Source of the DNA: Bdellovibrionota bacterium
GTDB lineage: Bacteria > Bdellovibrionota_C > UBA2361 > JAAYZI01
DNA length: 64,000 nt
Reading direction: 5' to 3'
Assembly: GCA_050950765.1 (NCBI GenBank)
Contig: JBMNIF010000003.1
Coordinates: forward strand, 644,980 to 708,979
The notes beneath the pieces are model-generated. The model saw only the letters and a list, made by a program, of their open reading frames with translations, made no database searches and was not told where the DNA came from. Position numbers and translations under genes: made by a program. Numbering within the stretch: position 1 is the first letter of the stretch; every line of letters begins with the position of its first letter. Shown piece by piece: positions 10,164 through 20,902 of the stretch.

Positions 10164-12863
10164 CTAATCCAGCCCTGCTTTAAATTCCAACAACTTTTGT
10201 TGTGCTGCTGCATACTCTGCACCTTTTTTACGTGTCTCTTCAACGACACTCTCTGGCGCTGAAGAGATAAAAGCTTCATTACTTAGCTGTTTAGCAGTTC
10301 CAGCGATAGCTTTATCCAGTTCTGCCAATTTTTTATTGATCTTCTCTCTTAAAGCTTCCAGATTTAGATCTTCCGGCAATTTAAAATAAGCGATACCGCC
10401 ACTAAAACGAGCCGGTACATGGTGTGTTGGGATCTTGCCCTGCTCAGCCGTTGTAATAGGATCCAAAACCCCTATGGTTTGCGTGGCACCTTTACAAAGT
10501 TCAAAACGTGCGGCGGCAGCACTATCCGTATAATTAATCTTCACAGCTAAAGGTTGCTTCGGAGGAAGTTGCAAGTAATGACGCAACTCTCGCGCCTCTT
10601 TTACTATTGAAAAGAGCATATCTAACGTCGCTTCCGCCTCTTCATTACGCGGAAACTCTGAAGCTTGCGGCCACGTTGCTAAAGCTAAACACTCCGCTTT
10701 ACCCTCAGGCTCAATCGCTCCCATAGACCTAAGGATCTGCCACAACTCTTCAGTTACAAACGGCACATAGAGGTGCAGAAGTTTTAAAAGATTAACTTGA
10801 CAATAGAGCGCAACACGTAGAGCTTTTTCAGCCTCTGCCCCCTCTTGACGCAACCTCGCTTTAATCAACTCCAGATACCAGTCGCAATATTCATTTCTAA
10901 AGAAATTTACAACCACCTCAAAAGCATGGGTGTAATCGCTCTGATTTAACAACTCATCATGCGTTGTTACGGCATAGCCAAACCTTGAGATAATCCAAGC
11001 ATCTTCAATAGAACAATCTGTCATCTGCGGTTTTTCAAACTTAATAGGAGTCTTTTGAAGTTGCAGCATGATTAAACGGTAGGCGTTCCAAATTTTCGTT
11101 ACAAAGGCGCGCCCTTCCTGAAAAATACGATCAGTTAATTTAATATCCTGTCGTCCCATCGGGTAGTGTTGCGCTATTGAAGCACGAATGGCATCTGTGC
11201 CGTACTCATCAAAAAGAGTTAACGGATCTGGTGAGTTCCCCAACGACTTCGAAAGTTTGCGATTATGCTCATCTCTAGCAATCCCGTGCAGTGATAAAGA
11301 CCTGAAAGGAACATCTCCCGTCAACTCTAACCCTGCCATGATCATGCGAGCATCCCAGAAGAAGATAATATCACGTCCTGACATCAACCAAGTGTTAGGA
11401 TACCAAAACTTAAATTCAGGCGTTTCATCAGGCCAACCCAAAGTCGAAAACGGCCAAAGTTGTGATGAAAACCACGTATCAAGCACGTCTTCATCTTGAT
11501 GGATCTGCGTAGATCCGCATTTTGAACACTTTTGGGGCGCTTCCGCAGCCACCATAACCTCTTCACACTCATCACAATAATAAACCGGAATACGGTGTCC
11601 CCACCACAACTGCCGCGAGATACACCAATCTTGAATATTATCCATCCAATTAAAATAATCGTGTTTCTCTGAATCAGGTGTGATCGTAATTCTACCATCC
11701 AAAACAGCCTGTTTTGCCTTCTCAGCCAGTGATTTCATTTTAACAAACCACTGCTTACTGACGCGCGGCTCTATCGCCGTATTACACCGATAACAGGTAC
11801 CAACGGAGTGAGAATACGGCTCGATCTTCTCTAAAAATCCGAGAGCCTCTAAGTCGGCAACGATCTTCTTTCTCGCTTCAAAACGATCCAGCCCAGCATA
11901 AACTCCCGTCTCCGCAGACATCTTTCCATCATCATCAATAACGGAGATAAGCTCTAAGTTATGCGTCAGCCCCATCTGATAATCGTTAGGATCATGCGCT
12001 GGTGTAACCTTAACAAGCCCTGTTCCGAAAGCAGGATCAACAAATTCATCAGCAAAGATCGGGATCTCTCGATTCACCAACGGCAAAAGCACCTTCTTGC
12101 CGATAAGATCTTGATAGCGCTTGTCATCAGGATTAACCGCCACACCACTATCACCCAACATCGTTTCAGGACGAGTGGTTGCAATTATAATGTAATCATT
12201 GCCTGCCGCATCCGTAGCATCTATCAACGGATACCTTAAGTGCCACAAGTTGCTCTTCTGATCTTGATGTTCAACTTCGTCATTCGCCAACGCCGTACCA
12301 CAACGTGGACACCAATTGATCATTCGCTTACCACGATAGATCAACCCTCTTTCATAATAAGTTATAAACGCTTTTCGTACCGCACGACTTAACTGTTCAT
12401 CCATCGTGAAGCGTTCTCGAGACCAATCGCACGAGCAACCCAAGCGCTTTAATTGATTAATGATAATGCTGCCGTGATCCTCACGCCACTTCCAAACACG
12501 CTTAACGAACTCTTCTCTCCCCAAGTCATACTTGGTTAAACCCTCTTTTTTCAACTCTCTTTCAACAACATTCTGCGTGGCGATCCCAGCGTGATCCGTA
12601 CCTGGAATCCAGACCGCAGCAAAACCACGCATCCTGTGCCAACGCGTCATAACATCTTGCGGCAAGTTATCGAGAACATGCCCCATGTGCAAAATACCTG
12701 TCACATTCGGCGGCGGAATAACTACACAAAACGGTTTTTTTGAACTATCGGGAGTAGCACTAAAGACTTTTTTCTCTTCCCACATAGCATAGATTCGTTT
12801 TTCTGCTTCTGTATGCTCAAATTGTTTTGCCAATTCTGATTGGCTTGGAAGTTCTGTTGTCAT
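10164..12863 (-). CDS. valS: Valyl-tRNA synthetase
   Basis: PPPNVTGILHMGH, GTDHAGIATQ, DWCISRQLWWGH, KLSKS, C-terminal coiled coil. Confidence 0.98.
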   Translation of the reverse strand: MTTELPSQSELAKQFEHTEAEKRIYAMWEEKKVFSATPDSSKKPFCVVIPPPNVTGILHMGHVLDNLPQDVMTRWHRMRGFAAVWIPGTDHAGIATQNVVERELKKEGLTKYDLGREEFVKRVWKWREDHGSIIINQLKRLGCSCDWSRERFTMDEQLSRAVRKAFITYYERGLIYRGKRMINWCPRCGTALANDEVEHQDQKSNLWHLRYPLIDATDAAGNDYIIIATTRPETMLGDSGVAVNPDDKRYQDLIGKKVLLPLVNREIPIFADEFVDPAFGTGLVKVTPAHDPNDYQMGLTHNLELISVIDDDGKMSAETGVYAGLDRFEARKKIVADLEALGFLEKIEPYSHSVGTCYRCNTAIEPRVSKQWFVKMKSLAEKAKQAVLDGRITITPDSEKHDYFNWMDNIQDWCISRQLWWGHRIPVYYCDECEEVMVAAEAPQKCSKCGSTQIHQDEDVLDTWFSSQLWPFSTLGWPDETPEFKFWYPNTWLMSGRDIIFFWDARMIMAGLELTGDVPFRSLSLHGIARDEHNRKLSKSLGNSPDPLTLFDEYGTDAIRASIAQHYPMGRQDIKLTDRIFQEGRAFVTKIWNAYRLIMLQLQKTPIKFEKPQMTDCSIEDAWIISRFGYAVTTHDELLNQSDYTHAFEVVVNFFRNEYCDWYLELIKARLRQEGAEAEKALRVALYCQVNLLKLLHLYVPFVTEELWQILRSMGAIEPEGKAECLALATWPQASEFPRNEEAEATLDMLFSIVKEARELRHYLQLPPKQPLAVKINYTDSAAAARFELCKGATQTIGVLDPITTAEQGKIPTHHVPARFSGGIAYFKLPEDLNLEALREKINKKLAELDKAIAGTAKQLSNEAFISSAPESVVEETRKKGAEYAAAQQKLLEFKAGLD

Positions 12864-12970
12864 TATTTATTACCTAATATTTTATATGAAAAGGATCCCT
12901 CTTCTAACCTAAGATTGCGGCAGTTATAACACAAAATAGCGTTGTGTCACATTATGGGATCTCCCCCGCA

Positions 12971-13927
12971 TCACCCCAGTTCAAGCATCCTCTTAAGTGG
13001 GATTAACGCCTGTTTACGTAACTCCTCAGGGATAGTTACCTCAAAGACCTCTTCTTGCAAGGAGGTTAAAATTTTATCTAAAGAGCACTTGCGCATCTCA
13101 GCACAAACAGCACCGTCCGTCTCCCCTCCTGCAGGTAGGGCGATAAAAGTTTTTTCAGGTGAGCTCTTTCTCATCTGATGCAAAACACCTGCTTCAGTTA
13201 CAACGATAAAAGACTCGCCACGCTCTTTAGTAAATTTCAACATATCAGTAGTTGAACCAACAAAATCCGCCAGATCTAAAACACTCTTTTTACACTCCGG
13301 ATGAACTAAGACTAAAGCTTGCGGATGTTGCTCTTTCAACTTCAATATGTGTGCACCATCAAAGCTATCGTGTAGATCACAACAACCATCCCAAAGCACC
13401 ATTTTACGCCCTGTTTTTGCCATTAAATATGCGCCTAAGTTTTTATCAGGTCCAAACAAGATCGGCTGTTCAGAGGGGATTGAATTTATAACTTTTAACG
13501 CATTGGCTGAGGTGCATAAGATATCACTAAGCGCTTTAACCTCCACGCTGCAATTAACATAAGTAACTTTTACATGGTCTGGGTACCGCACTATAAAATC
13601 ACTATAACGGTGCGCACTACAACTATCTGCTAAAGAGCATCCAGCATCTAGATCAGGAATTAAAACTTTCTTCTGAGGGTTAAGGATCTTCGCCGTTTCC
13701 GCCATAAAACGCACACCGGCTAAAACTATGATCTCCGCCTCTGACCTCTCTCCACTCTGCGCTAACCCTAAACTATCACCAATATAATCAGCAACGTCCT
13801 GCACAACTCCATCTTGGTAATAATGCGCCATTATAATACCGTTTTTTTGACGTTTTAATTTAAAAATTGCGTCACTTATCTCAAGAACATCAGATGCGGT
13901 ATTTATACGGGATTTCATGGCGCGCAA
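12971..13927 (-). CDS. nadA: Quinolinate synthase
   Basis: AHYYQ, GVRFMAETAKIL, AGCSLA, HPEC. Confidence 0.96.
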   Translation of the reverse strand: MRAMKSRINTASDVLEISDAIFKLKRQKNGIIMAHYYQDGVVQDVADYIGDSLGLAQSGERSEAEIIVLAGVRFMAETAKILNPQKKVLIPDLDAGCSLADSCSAHRYSDFIVRYPDHVKVTYVNCSVEVKALSDILCTSANALKVINSIPSEQPILFGPDKNLGAYLMAKTGRKMVLWDGCCDLHDSFDGAHILKLKEQHPQALVLVHPECKKSVLDLADFVGSTTDMLKFTKERGESFIVVTEAGVLHQMRKSSPEKTFIALPAGGETDGAVCAEMRKCSLDKILTSLQEEVFEVTIPEELRKQALIPLKRMLELG

Positions 13928-14064
13928 TATACTACGGGTTATTTAATTTAGCCAATTTCAATTTACCTTCACCACTATTACATTATTACAAGCCTCTTAA
14001 AACCATCTTGTAATAACCCCCACTTAAAAACCTCGACATTACACCCACTAACGGTATTTTTTCG

Positions 14065-14177
14065 CCCCAAAAAAGGTTTTTACGATCCCTTGTTATTACC
14101 CTTTTCCCAGATTGAGAAGAATTCAACAATCAATCCACCTTCACCCCAAAAAAAGGTTTTTACGATCCCTTGTTATT
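14065..14177. repeat. 33-34 bp direct repeat in the nadA/murA divergent intergenic region
   Basis: CCCCA(6-7)GGTTTTTACGATCCCTTGTTATT at 14065-14097 and 14144-14177. Confidence 0.85.
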
Positions 14178-14260
14178 GTCTTATCTACTTAAATGTATTA
14201 AGGATTACTTTCTACCTGCGCAATAGTTTTTGTGCAGCCTGAGGGGGAAGAAAAATTACG

Positions 14261-15556
14261 ATGTCTAAATTTCTTGAAATAACAGGAGGAACTCCACTTG
14301 CCGGACGTGTCAAAGTAAGTGGCGCTAAAAACGCCATCCTACCGATGTTGATAGCCTCACTCCTTACCTCAGAAGAGTGCGAATACACTAATGTGCCACG
14401 TTTGCAAGATATCAACTTTACGATAGGGCTTTTGGAACACTTCGGCGCTGATGTGCAGTATTTTAACGGTCGAATCACCTCAAAAACTCCAAAGCTAATC
14501 GCAACGGAGGCGAGTTACAGTTTAGTAAAAGCGATGCGAGCTTCCTTTTGGGTTTTAGGTCCCCTACTTGCTCGAGGCGGTGCCGCCAGAGTTGCCATGC
14601 CTGGAGGTGATGTCATCGGAGCCAGACCTGTCGATATGCACCTTACCGGATTAATGCAGATGGGTGCTGATATTAAAATAAAGCACGGCGTTGTTTACGC
14701 CACAGCAGAACACGGCTTAAAAGCGGCCGAAATCAATCTGCGCTTCCCATCAGTCGGTGCCACTCATCAACTATTAATGGCTGCTGCTTTAACAAAAGGC
14801 ACAACCGTTTTGCGTGGTGTTGCACGCGAACCTGAGGTCGTAGCATTAGCTGACTTTATCAACTCAATGGGGGGTGACGTTGAAGGAGCAGGTACTTCAG
14901 AGCTTATCATTAGAGGTAAAGACGAACTGCACGGTGCAAAAGCAGATACTATCGGAGACCGTATCGAAGCAGGAACTTTTTTACTAGCAGCTGCTATCAC
15001 CGGCGGCGAAGTTGAAGTGTGCGGCTTTAATTCGAAAGATCTCGGTGATTTTTTAACTATCCTTACAGATTTAGGGTTACAGATCGAAACTACACAAGAT
15101 ACCGTTAAGCTTCTACGTAGAGAACGCCCCCTCAAAGCCTCTCTAAGGCTCGCAACTGGTCCTTTTCCGGAGTTTGCTACGGATTTACAAGCTCCCCTAA
15201 TGGCACTTCTAACGCAGGTAGAAGGAGAAAACAGACTTGAAGAGAACGTTTTTGAAGGTCGTTTCGGACACGTTTCTGAACTGTGCCGCATGGGTGCTAA
15301 GATCTTTGTTGAAGATAGGATCGCTAAGATCTCCGGCGCTACTAAGTTAACGGGTGCGCCCGTTGAAGCATTCGATATTAGAGGTGCCGCTTGTCTCGTA
15401 ATAGCAGCACTGGCAGCACACGGCACCTCCCAGATTCAAGGCGCTTATCACCTTGAAAGAGGATACTCCGATTTAGAACAGAAATTACGATCACTTGGCG
15501 CAAAAGTCGGAATAAAGGTAGCCGATCCTGACGATTTCCTATTCACAGGCTGCTAA
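14261..15556 (+). CDS. murA: UDP-N-acetylglucosamine 1-carboxyvinyltransferase
   Basis: SGAKNA, MRAS..VLGPLL, PGGD.IG.RP, ATDLQ, HLERGY. Confidence 0.97.
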   Translation: MSKFLEITGGTPLAGRVKVSGAKNAILPMLIASLLTSEECEYTNVPRLQDINFTIGLLEHFGADVQYFNGRITSKTPKLIATEASYSLVKAMRASFWVLGPLLARGGAARVAMPGGDVIGARPVDMHLTGLMQMGADIKIKHGVVYATAEHGLKAAEINLRFPSVGATHQLLMAAALTKGTTVLRGVAREPEVVALADFINSMGGDVEGAGTSELIIRGKDELHGAKADTIGDRIEAGTFLLAAAITGGEVEVCGFNSKDLGDFLTILTDLGLQIETTQDTVKLLRRERPLKASLRLATGPFPEFATDLQAPLMALLTQVEGENRLEENVFEGRFGHVSELCRMGAKIFVEDRIAKISGATKLTGAPVEAFDIRGAACLVIAALAAHGTSQIQGAYHLERGYSDLEQKLRSLGAKVGIKVADPDDFLFTGC

Positions 15557-15675
15557 ACCCTTTTTTCCCTTACATTGCTAGTCTTAATTCCATACCTAAT
15601 ACTCACAAAATATAAAAAAATCTTTTTTCCCATCCCCTGCATCCAATACCGTGTGAAGTTAAGGAACCTCTAAAA

Positions 15676-16902
15676 ATGAAAACTCAAGGCTACGCAAAAA
15701 GTGATATCGGTTTAGTTCGCCCTCATAATGAAGATTACTACATCTGTAACGATAAATTGGGGCTTTATATCGTATGTGACGGAGTCGGAGGAAATGCCGC
15801 AGGTGAGGTAGCTTCAAAAACTGCCGCAGAAACCACACAAAGTTACATCTCACAACACATTAAAGACTTAGACGATATAAAAGAAAACAGAGAAGCCGCA
15901 CTTATAAAACTGGTAGAAGACGGTATTCAGGAAGCGTGCGCCACAGTTTATAAATTAGCTCAAGAAAATAAAACATTCTCCGGCATGGCGACGACCTTAA
16001 CTCTACTCCTTATTAGAGACAGTAAGGCCGTTATGGGTCATGTTGGAGATAGTAGACTTTATCTAAAAAGAGGCGAGAGTGTTAACCAACTTAGTAATGA
16101 CCACACCTTCGTCAATGAACTTTTTCAACAAGGTTGTATCTCTGAAGAAGCTTTGGAATCTAGTCCTTATGCCAACGTTATTACACGCTCTATCGGACAC
16201 GAACCGTGTGTTCAGGTTGATACACTACTCTTCGACACCCTACCACAAGACCTCTTTTTACTTTGTAGTGATGGCTTTACAAAAGAGCTCTCTCCAAAAA
16301 CGGAGCTACCATCACTTTTAACTACGGAATCCCTTAAAGACCTCCCTGATAAATTAATCACGGTGGCAACAGAAAGAGGAGGACACGACAACTGCACCAT
16401 CGTGATCATTGAAAACACTATTATTGATGATTCGACAGAAAACAGATCTAAAGTTGAAGAACATACTAAAGAAGTTATGTTACGTTTGGGCACCCTCAAG
16501 CAACTTAACCTCTTCCAGAGCTTAACACTACGCGAACTCTTAACCGTAATGGAGATAATCTCCGTAGAACAGTGTCCAAAAGGAACAAAACTCATTACAG
16601 AAGGGGCAGAAGGAAGCTATCTTTACATTATCCTTGAGGGAGAGTTCTCAGTCAGTAAGTGCGGTCAACACCTTTCAACATTAGGTAGCGGAAAACATTT
16701 CGGCGAGATGGCACTCCTTAACAACAATCCACGCACAGCGACCGTTACTGCCGAAACAGACGGACGTATGCTAGTTATTGAACACCAAAGTTTTCAACGG
16801 CTACTCACACAACACAGTGATATCGGCGTGAAACTTCTGTTCCGTTTAGCAAATGAACTTTGTAAGAGACTGGATGATGCTAACCTACACGCCATCAGTT
16901 AA
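15676..16902 (+). CDS. PP2C/Stp1-type Ser/Thr phosphatase fused to C-terminal cyclic-nucleotide-binding domain
   Basis: NED, VCDGVGG, HVGDSR, CSDG, GGHDN; C-terminal FGEMALL...PRTATV. Confidence 0.9.
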   Translation: MKTQGYAKSDIGLVRPHNEDYYICNDKLGLYIVCDGVGGNAAGEVASKTAAETTQSYISQHIKDLDDIKENREAALIKLVEDGIQEACATVYKLAQENKTFSGMATTLTLLLIRDSKAVMGHVGDSRLYLKRGESVNQLSNDHTFVNELFQQGCISEEALESSPYANVITRSIGHEPCVQVDTLLFDTLPQDLFLLCSDGFTKELSPKTELPSLLTTESLKDLPDKLITVATERGGHDNCTIVIIENTIIDDSTENRSKVEEHTKEVMLRLGTLKQLNLFQSLTLRELLTVMEIISVEQCPKGTKLITEGAEGSYLYIILEGEFSVSKCGQHLSTLGSGKHFGEMALLNNNPRTATVTAETDGRMLVIEHQSFQRLLTQHSDIGVKLLFRLANELCKRLDDANLHAIS

Positions 16903-17073
16903 TATAACAAAAAACCTTTAAAAATCGTTATAGAATTTTAATCGTCATCAAAACGCTTACGACCGTTTTTCTCGGAGGGATTAAAAACCTATCTCTATCT
17001 GATCATCTTTAATAAAGAAAAAAACACCTTTCATAAAGATAATTTTGTAACCGTCCATACCTTTAAATAAAAT

Positions 17074-17877
17074 TTATTTATGCTCGTGTGTTTGTAAATG
17101 TTCCAGACAGTAACAAGCTTGCCCTTTACACTTACTACAATAACGGAATTCCTTTTCCGGATTACTCTTTTCAGTAGCACCGCACACTAAACAACAATGT
17201 ACTGCACGCTCATCAACTACTTTATTCTGCAATTTACGGGCGATTTGTCTCTTCCCGTAACGGAGATCTTGATAGTGCGATTTCCCAAAAAATAGGGTAT
17301 AATTAAAGATCGCCGCCACAGTCAGTAAACGGCTATTCCAATCTCCTAAAATTAACAGATAGAAGTAACCGACCCAAGTAAGCCAAGCCAGCCACTTAAC
17401 TTTAATGGGCAAGATAAAGAAAAGCATGATCTGCAGATCTGGATTAAGTCGTGCAAACGCCAAGAAAACAGTTGTAGCAATAAAACCGTTAGAGATCGGT
17501 AGCATGGCATAAAACGGCGAAAAAAGAAGCGGGATTAGAAGAGCTGCCACAAGGGTAGCTAACCAGCCGACTAATAAAAATAGTGTGTACTTAAAATCAC
17601 CCCAATAGTTCTCTAAACTTTTCCCGAAAACGTAAAATATATACCAAGCAAAAAACATCAAAATCGGATGAGAGAGTGGCGGAAAAAATAAAAATGTAAG
17701 TGCTCTCCAATACTCTCCTTGATACAACGCTGCCGGAACAAGCACGATATTCTCTGCTAAAGATGCGTTTTGCTGCATCAAAAAATACACCACAACCTGC
17801 ACAAGAATTAAGAGCGAAGTTAAATTCGGAATCGCTAAAAATCCGATCTTCTTTTCAAGTTTATCAACAAATCCCAT
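17074..17877 (-). CDS. Rhomboid-like membrane protein with C-terminal Cys/His-rich Zn-binding motif
   Basis: GEYWRALTFLF; several hydrophobic helices; HCCLVCG...FRYCSKC...YCLEH; probable start at 17877. Confidence 0.7.
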   Translation of the reverse strand: MGFVDKLEKKIGFLAIPNLTSLLILVQVVVYFLMQQNASLAENIVLVPAALYQGEYWRALTFLFFPPLSHPILMFFAWYIFYVFGKSLENYWGDFKYTLFLLVGWLATLVAALLIPLLFSPFYAMLPISNGFIATTVFLAFARLNPDLQIMLFFILPIKVKWLAWLTWVGYFYLLILGDWNSRLLTVAAIFNYTLFFGKSHYQDLRYGKRQIARKLQNKVVDERAVHCCLVCGATEKSNPEKEFRYCSKCKGQACYCLEHLQTHEHK

Positions 17878-18036
17878 ACGTCCTTTATGCTTTAACTCTC
17901 TAATAAAATAATCTAAAATATCTACGTCTTTTTGATCAAAACATATCTTTAAATAATACCCTTTCAGTATATGCAAAGCTTAGCTTACAATCAAAGAAAT
18001 GCAGCATAAACCCTATAATTAAAGAGGCTCTTACAG

Positions 18037-19020
18037 GTGAAATATTTAATAACAGGCGCAAACGGTTTTATCGGAAATTGTCTAACAAAAACACTACTCG
18101 AAAAGGGACACTCCGTGCGATGTCTTATCAGAAAGGAGAGCGACTTAACCCAATTAAAAGATCTACCTCTCGAATACTATACAGGCTCTCTCCTTGAACC
18201 TTCTTCACTCTTACCTGCTTTAGACGGTGTAGATTACATCTTTAATTTTGCAGGTAAAACACGCGCCCTAAAAAACTCGGAATACTTTCAAACAAACGCA
18301 CTCGGGGCAAAAAATCTCTTCCAAGCAGCACAAGAAGCCTGCCCTAAAATAAAACGTATCCTGCACGTCAGTAGCCTCGCTGCAGCAGGACCATCACAAA
18401 CTACAAACCCGTTAACGGAAGAAGATCCGCCACACCCCGTTACGCCTTACGGAGAGAGTAAATTAGAGAGTGAAAAGATAGCGCACTCTTTTAGCGATCT
18501 CCTTCCTATCACCATCATTCGTCCCCCTGTTGTATATGGACCCTCTGATAAGAGCGGCTTCGCTCTCTTTAAAAGCGCAGCGAAAGGTTTAAATATCTCT
18601 ATCGGAAACCGTAACCCACTCCTTATGCCCATCTATGTGCAAGATCTGGTAAACGCCGCCTACCACTTAGCGCACGCCCCCGCTGCCGTTGGAGAGACTT
18701 TCTTTGTTTGCGGTGCTGAAATCACCTCACCTGCAGAGCTTTTTAAGATCTTAAGCTCCGCTGTAAACTTAAACTCTCCACCACGCACTATTCAGATCCC
18801 CCCTCTTTTAGCTGCATCGGCAGTTTTTTGTTTAGAGCTACGAGCGCAACTTGTGCGTCGTCCGAATCGATTAAACTCGGCGAAACTAACAGAATTAAAA
18901 TACCCAGCTTGGCTAGCTAGTAGCAAAAAAGCCACGTCGCTAGGGGTTGAACATAAAACAACGCTCTCTCAAGGGCTGCTTCAGACACTTACTTGGTATC
19001 AAAATGCAGGTTGGTTATAA
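18037..19020 (+). CDS. NAD-dependent epimerase/dehydratase (extended SDR)
   Basis: ITGANGFIG, YGESK, RPPVVYGP. Confidence 0.9.
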   Translation: MKYLITGANGFIGNCLTKTLLEKGHSVRCLIRKESDLTQLKDLPLEYYTGSLLEPSSLLPALDGVDYIFNFAGKTRALKNSEYFQTNALGAKNLFQAAQEACPKIKRILHVSSLAAAGPSQTTNPLTEEDPPHPVTPYGESKLESEKIAHSFSDLLPITIIRPPVVYGPSDKSGFALFKSAAKGLNISIGNRNPLLMPIYVQDLVNAAYHLAHAPAAVGETFFVCGAEITSPAELFKILSSAVNLNSPPRTIQIPPLLAASAVFCLELRAQLVRRPNRLNSAKLTELKYPAWLASSKKATSLGVEHKTTLSQGLLQTLTWYQNAGWL

Positions 19021-19155
19021 AAAGTGTTTTCACACGGTTTACAGAAACACCTAACAAGACTTACTCTCTAAGTCACAGGAAGTCTTAGACCTTGTCAAAG
19101 TGCCTGATCTTTTATAGAAGCCAAATATAAGAAAGAGACCCTTTTGGAGGAAGAT

Positions 19156-19626
19156 ATGTTCACACGCTCGTCACTTATCTGCTTGATTATGTTTTTAGTA
19201 TCGTGCTCTTCTACTAAGCCCCTCCCCGAGCCGCAAACTATGACTCGCACTGAGTACATCGAGATCAATTACAAGATGCAGCCACATATCAAGAAAGCTA
19301 AAGAGTCCCTACCTTACGCTAAGGATAAGTATTTACGTGGTTTAAAGGACGGCGAAAAGATGTTTCTCACAGTTAAATTATACGACCACGACAAGAGTTT
19401 TGAACAACTTGAGGTCGCTGTGGTGGATTGGTATGAAAACAGTATACTCGGAAGGATCTCCAGTCAGGTCTTCGTTTTGCAAAATTATCATCAAGGTGAC
19501 TTGATAAACTTTACAGATGATAACGTTGTTGATTGGACGATAGTCAGATCCGATGGCACCTTTGAAGGCGGATATGTCAGAAAGTTCTTAAAAAGTTGTG
19601 GATCTAAAAAATTAGGGCACAGATAA
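19156..19626 (+). CDS. Putative lipoprotein, DUF2314/YegJ-like
   Basis: Lipobox LVSC; KAKESLP and DNVVDW....DG..EGG resemble DUF2314. Confidence 0.6.
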   Translation: MFTRSSLICLIMFLVSCSSTKPLPEPQTMTRTEYIEINYKMQPHIKKAKESLPYAKDKYLRGLKDGEKMFLTVKLYDHDKSFEQLEVAVVDWYENSILGRISSQVFVLQNYHQGDLINFTDDNVVDWTIVRSDGTFEGGYVRKFLKSCGSKKLGHR

Positions 19627-19727
19627 CTCTTACCTTTAAAAAAGCACCCCCTTTAAGGTTATTACTTGTTGATAAAGTTAACGGGTTAAGAAAAAGAAAA
19701 GTTTTTAAGGAAGACTCTTTGGAGGTC

Positions 19728-19804
19728 TGGTCGGGTTGAGCAGATTTGAACTGCCGACCTCTCGCACCCCAAGCGAACGCGCTACCAGTCTGCGCCACAA
19801 CCCG
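19728..19804 (-). tRNA. tRNA-Pro(GGG)
   Basis: Reverse complement CGGGTTGTGGCGCAG...TTCGC-TTGGGGT-GCGAG...GTTCAAAT...CCCGACCA. Confidence 0.92.
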
Positions 19805-19980
19805 ACGACACATCGCAATTCTATAAAACAATACCCTTTAAAATACAAGCTACACCAAGTTTTTTACGTAGTTCTTTCAATAAGATCTCGATGAGTGTAT
19901 CTTTTTTTGTTCAAGAAGATTCCGAATCTTTACTTTTCAAATAATTCTTCTTAGAATCCCCTTCACTTCGGTACTGATGT

Positions 19981-20056
19981 GGGCCTATAGCTCAGCTGGG
20001 AGAGCGCTTGACTGGCAGTCAAGAGGTCAGCGGTTCGATCCCGCTTAGGTCCACCA
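19981..20056 (+). tRNA. tRNA-Ala(GGC)
   Basis: GGGCCTATAGCTCAG...CTTGA-CTGGCAG-TCAAG...GTTCGATC...CCA; G3:U70 pair. Confidence 0.95.
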
Positions 20057-20486
20057 ATTTTTTTTGCCACTTTTCCCCTCCCCGAGCCCCTTCCTTTCTA
20101 CAATAAAATCATAATAAAAAGATTAGGTTAGATATATTAAGGAGCATTTGATCAAGCTCCGTTGATTATATTAAAATACATCTAATAAAAGATATTTTTA
20201 CTTGCGTTCTTTAAAAAAATTGCTGTGGTAGATCTGCGTTTAGAGGTCACTCCTCAACGATTACTGCTAAAAACTATCGTTAAATATATCACTATCAGAA
20301 ACTTCCTATCACCCTCCTCTCTATAATATCACCTTAACAACTCTCGTTTTCCGTTAAACACAGTGATGGTTGGGAAGAAACAGCTCATACTAAGTATAAA
20401 GGTTGTTTTACAATGTTTTATAAGAGTTTGTTTCTTATTCCCCCCCCTGCACACACGTAAGTAGTAAAGAAAGGAACGTACGCACC

Positions 20487-20810
20487 ATGTTACTACAACT
20501 TATCTGTGACTTTGCCATCAAGGTCATCCACCAGAGCCAAGCTAGAGTTGATGCACTTTGTCGTTTTTGCGGCGGTGAAGATGATATTCTACTTGGATTT
20601 AACGAACTGTACATTCAGACCGTTATGTTTTTCGCCTTAATTCAAGCAGTTGTGCTGACATCTGCTATTAGAAGCGAAAAGGGGATTTTCCGCACTGTGA
20701 TGTTTACGATCTTTATCGCGTTGTTCGCGTTTTTTCCAAGCATCATAATTTACAGCATTCCCGTCACGGTAATATTCATCATTCTCACACGAAAAAGAAT
20801 TGATGCTTAA
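20487..20810 (+). CDS. Small hypothetical membrane protein
   Basis: RBS-like AAGGAA upstream; hydrophobic C-terminal half. Confidence 0.5.
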   Translation: MLLQLICDFAIKVIHQSQARVDALCRFCGGEDDILLGFNELYIQTVMFFALIQAVVLTSAIRSEKGIFRTVMFTIFIALFAFFPSIIIYSIPVTVIFIILTRKRIDA

Positions 20811-20902
20811 CCGTCCTAAGGGAATGCTCGATTCGTCCTCATAATGAATACTGAATGCAAAAAAGGAGGGAGTACAAAAAGGCTTTTTTACTACGGTATG
20901 AT

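Noticed and set aside
14767..15426. 219-aa antisense ORF (and other short antisense ORFs in the track)
   Set aside because: Antisense shadows of well-supported genes such as murA.
19604..19831. 75-aa ORF
   Set aside because: Overlaps tRNA-Pro(GGG).
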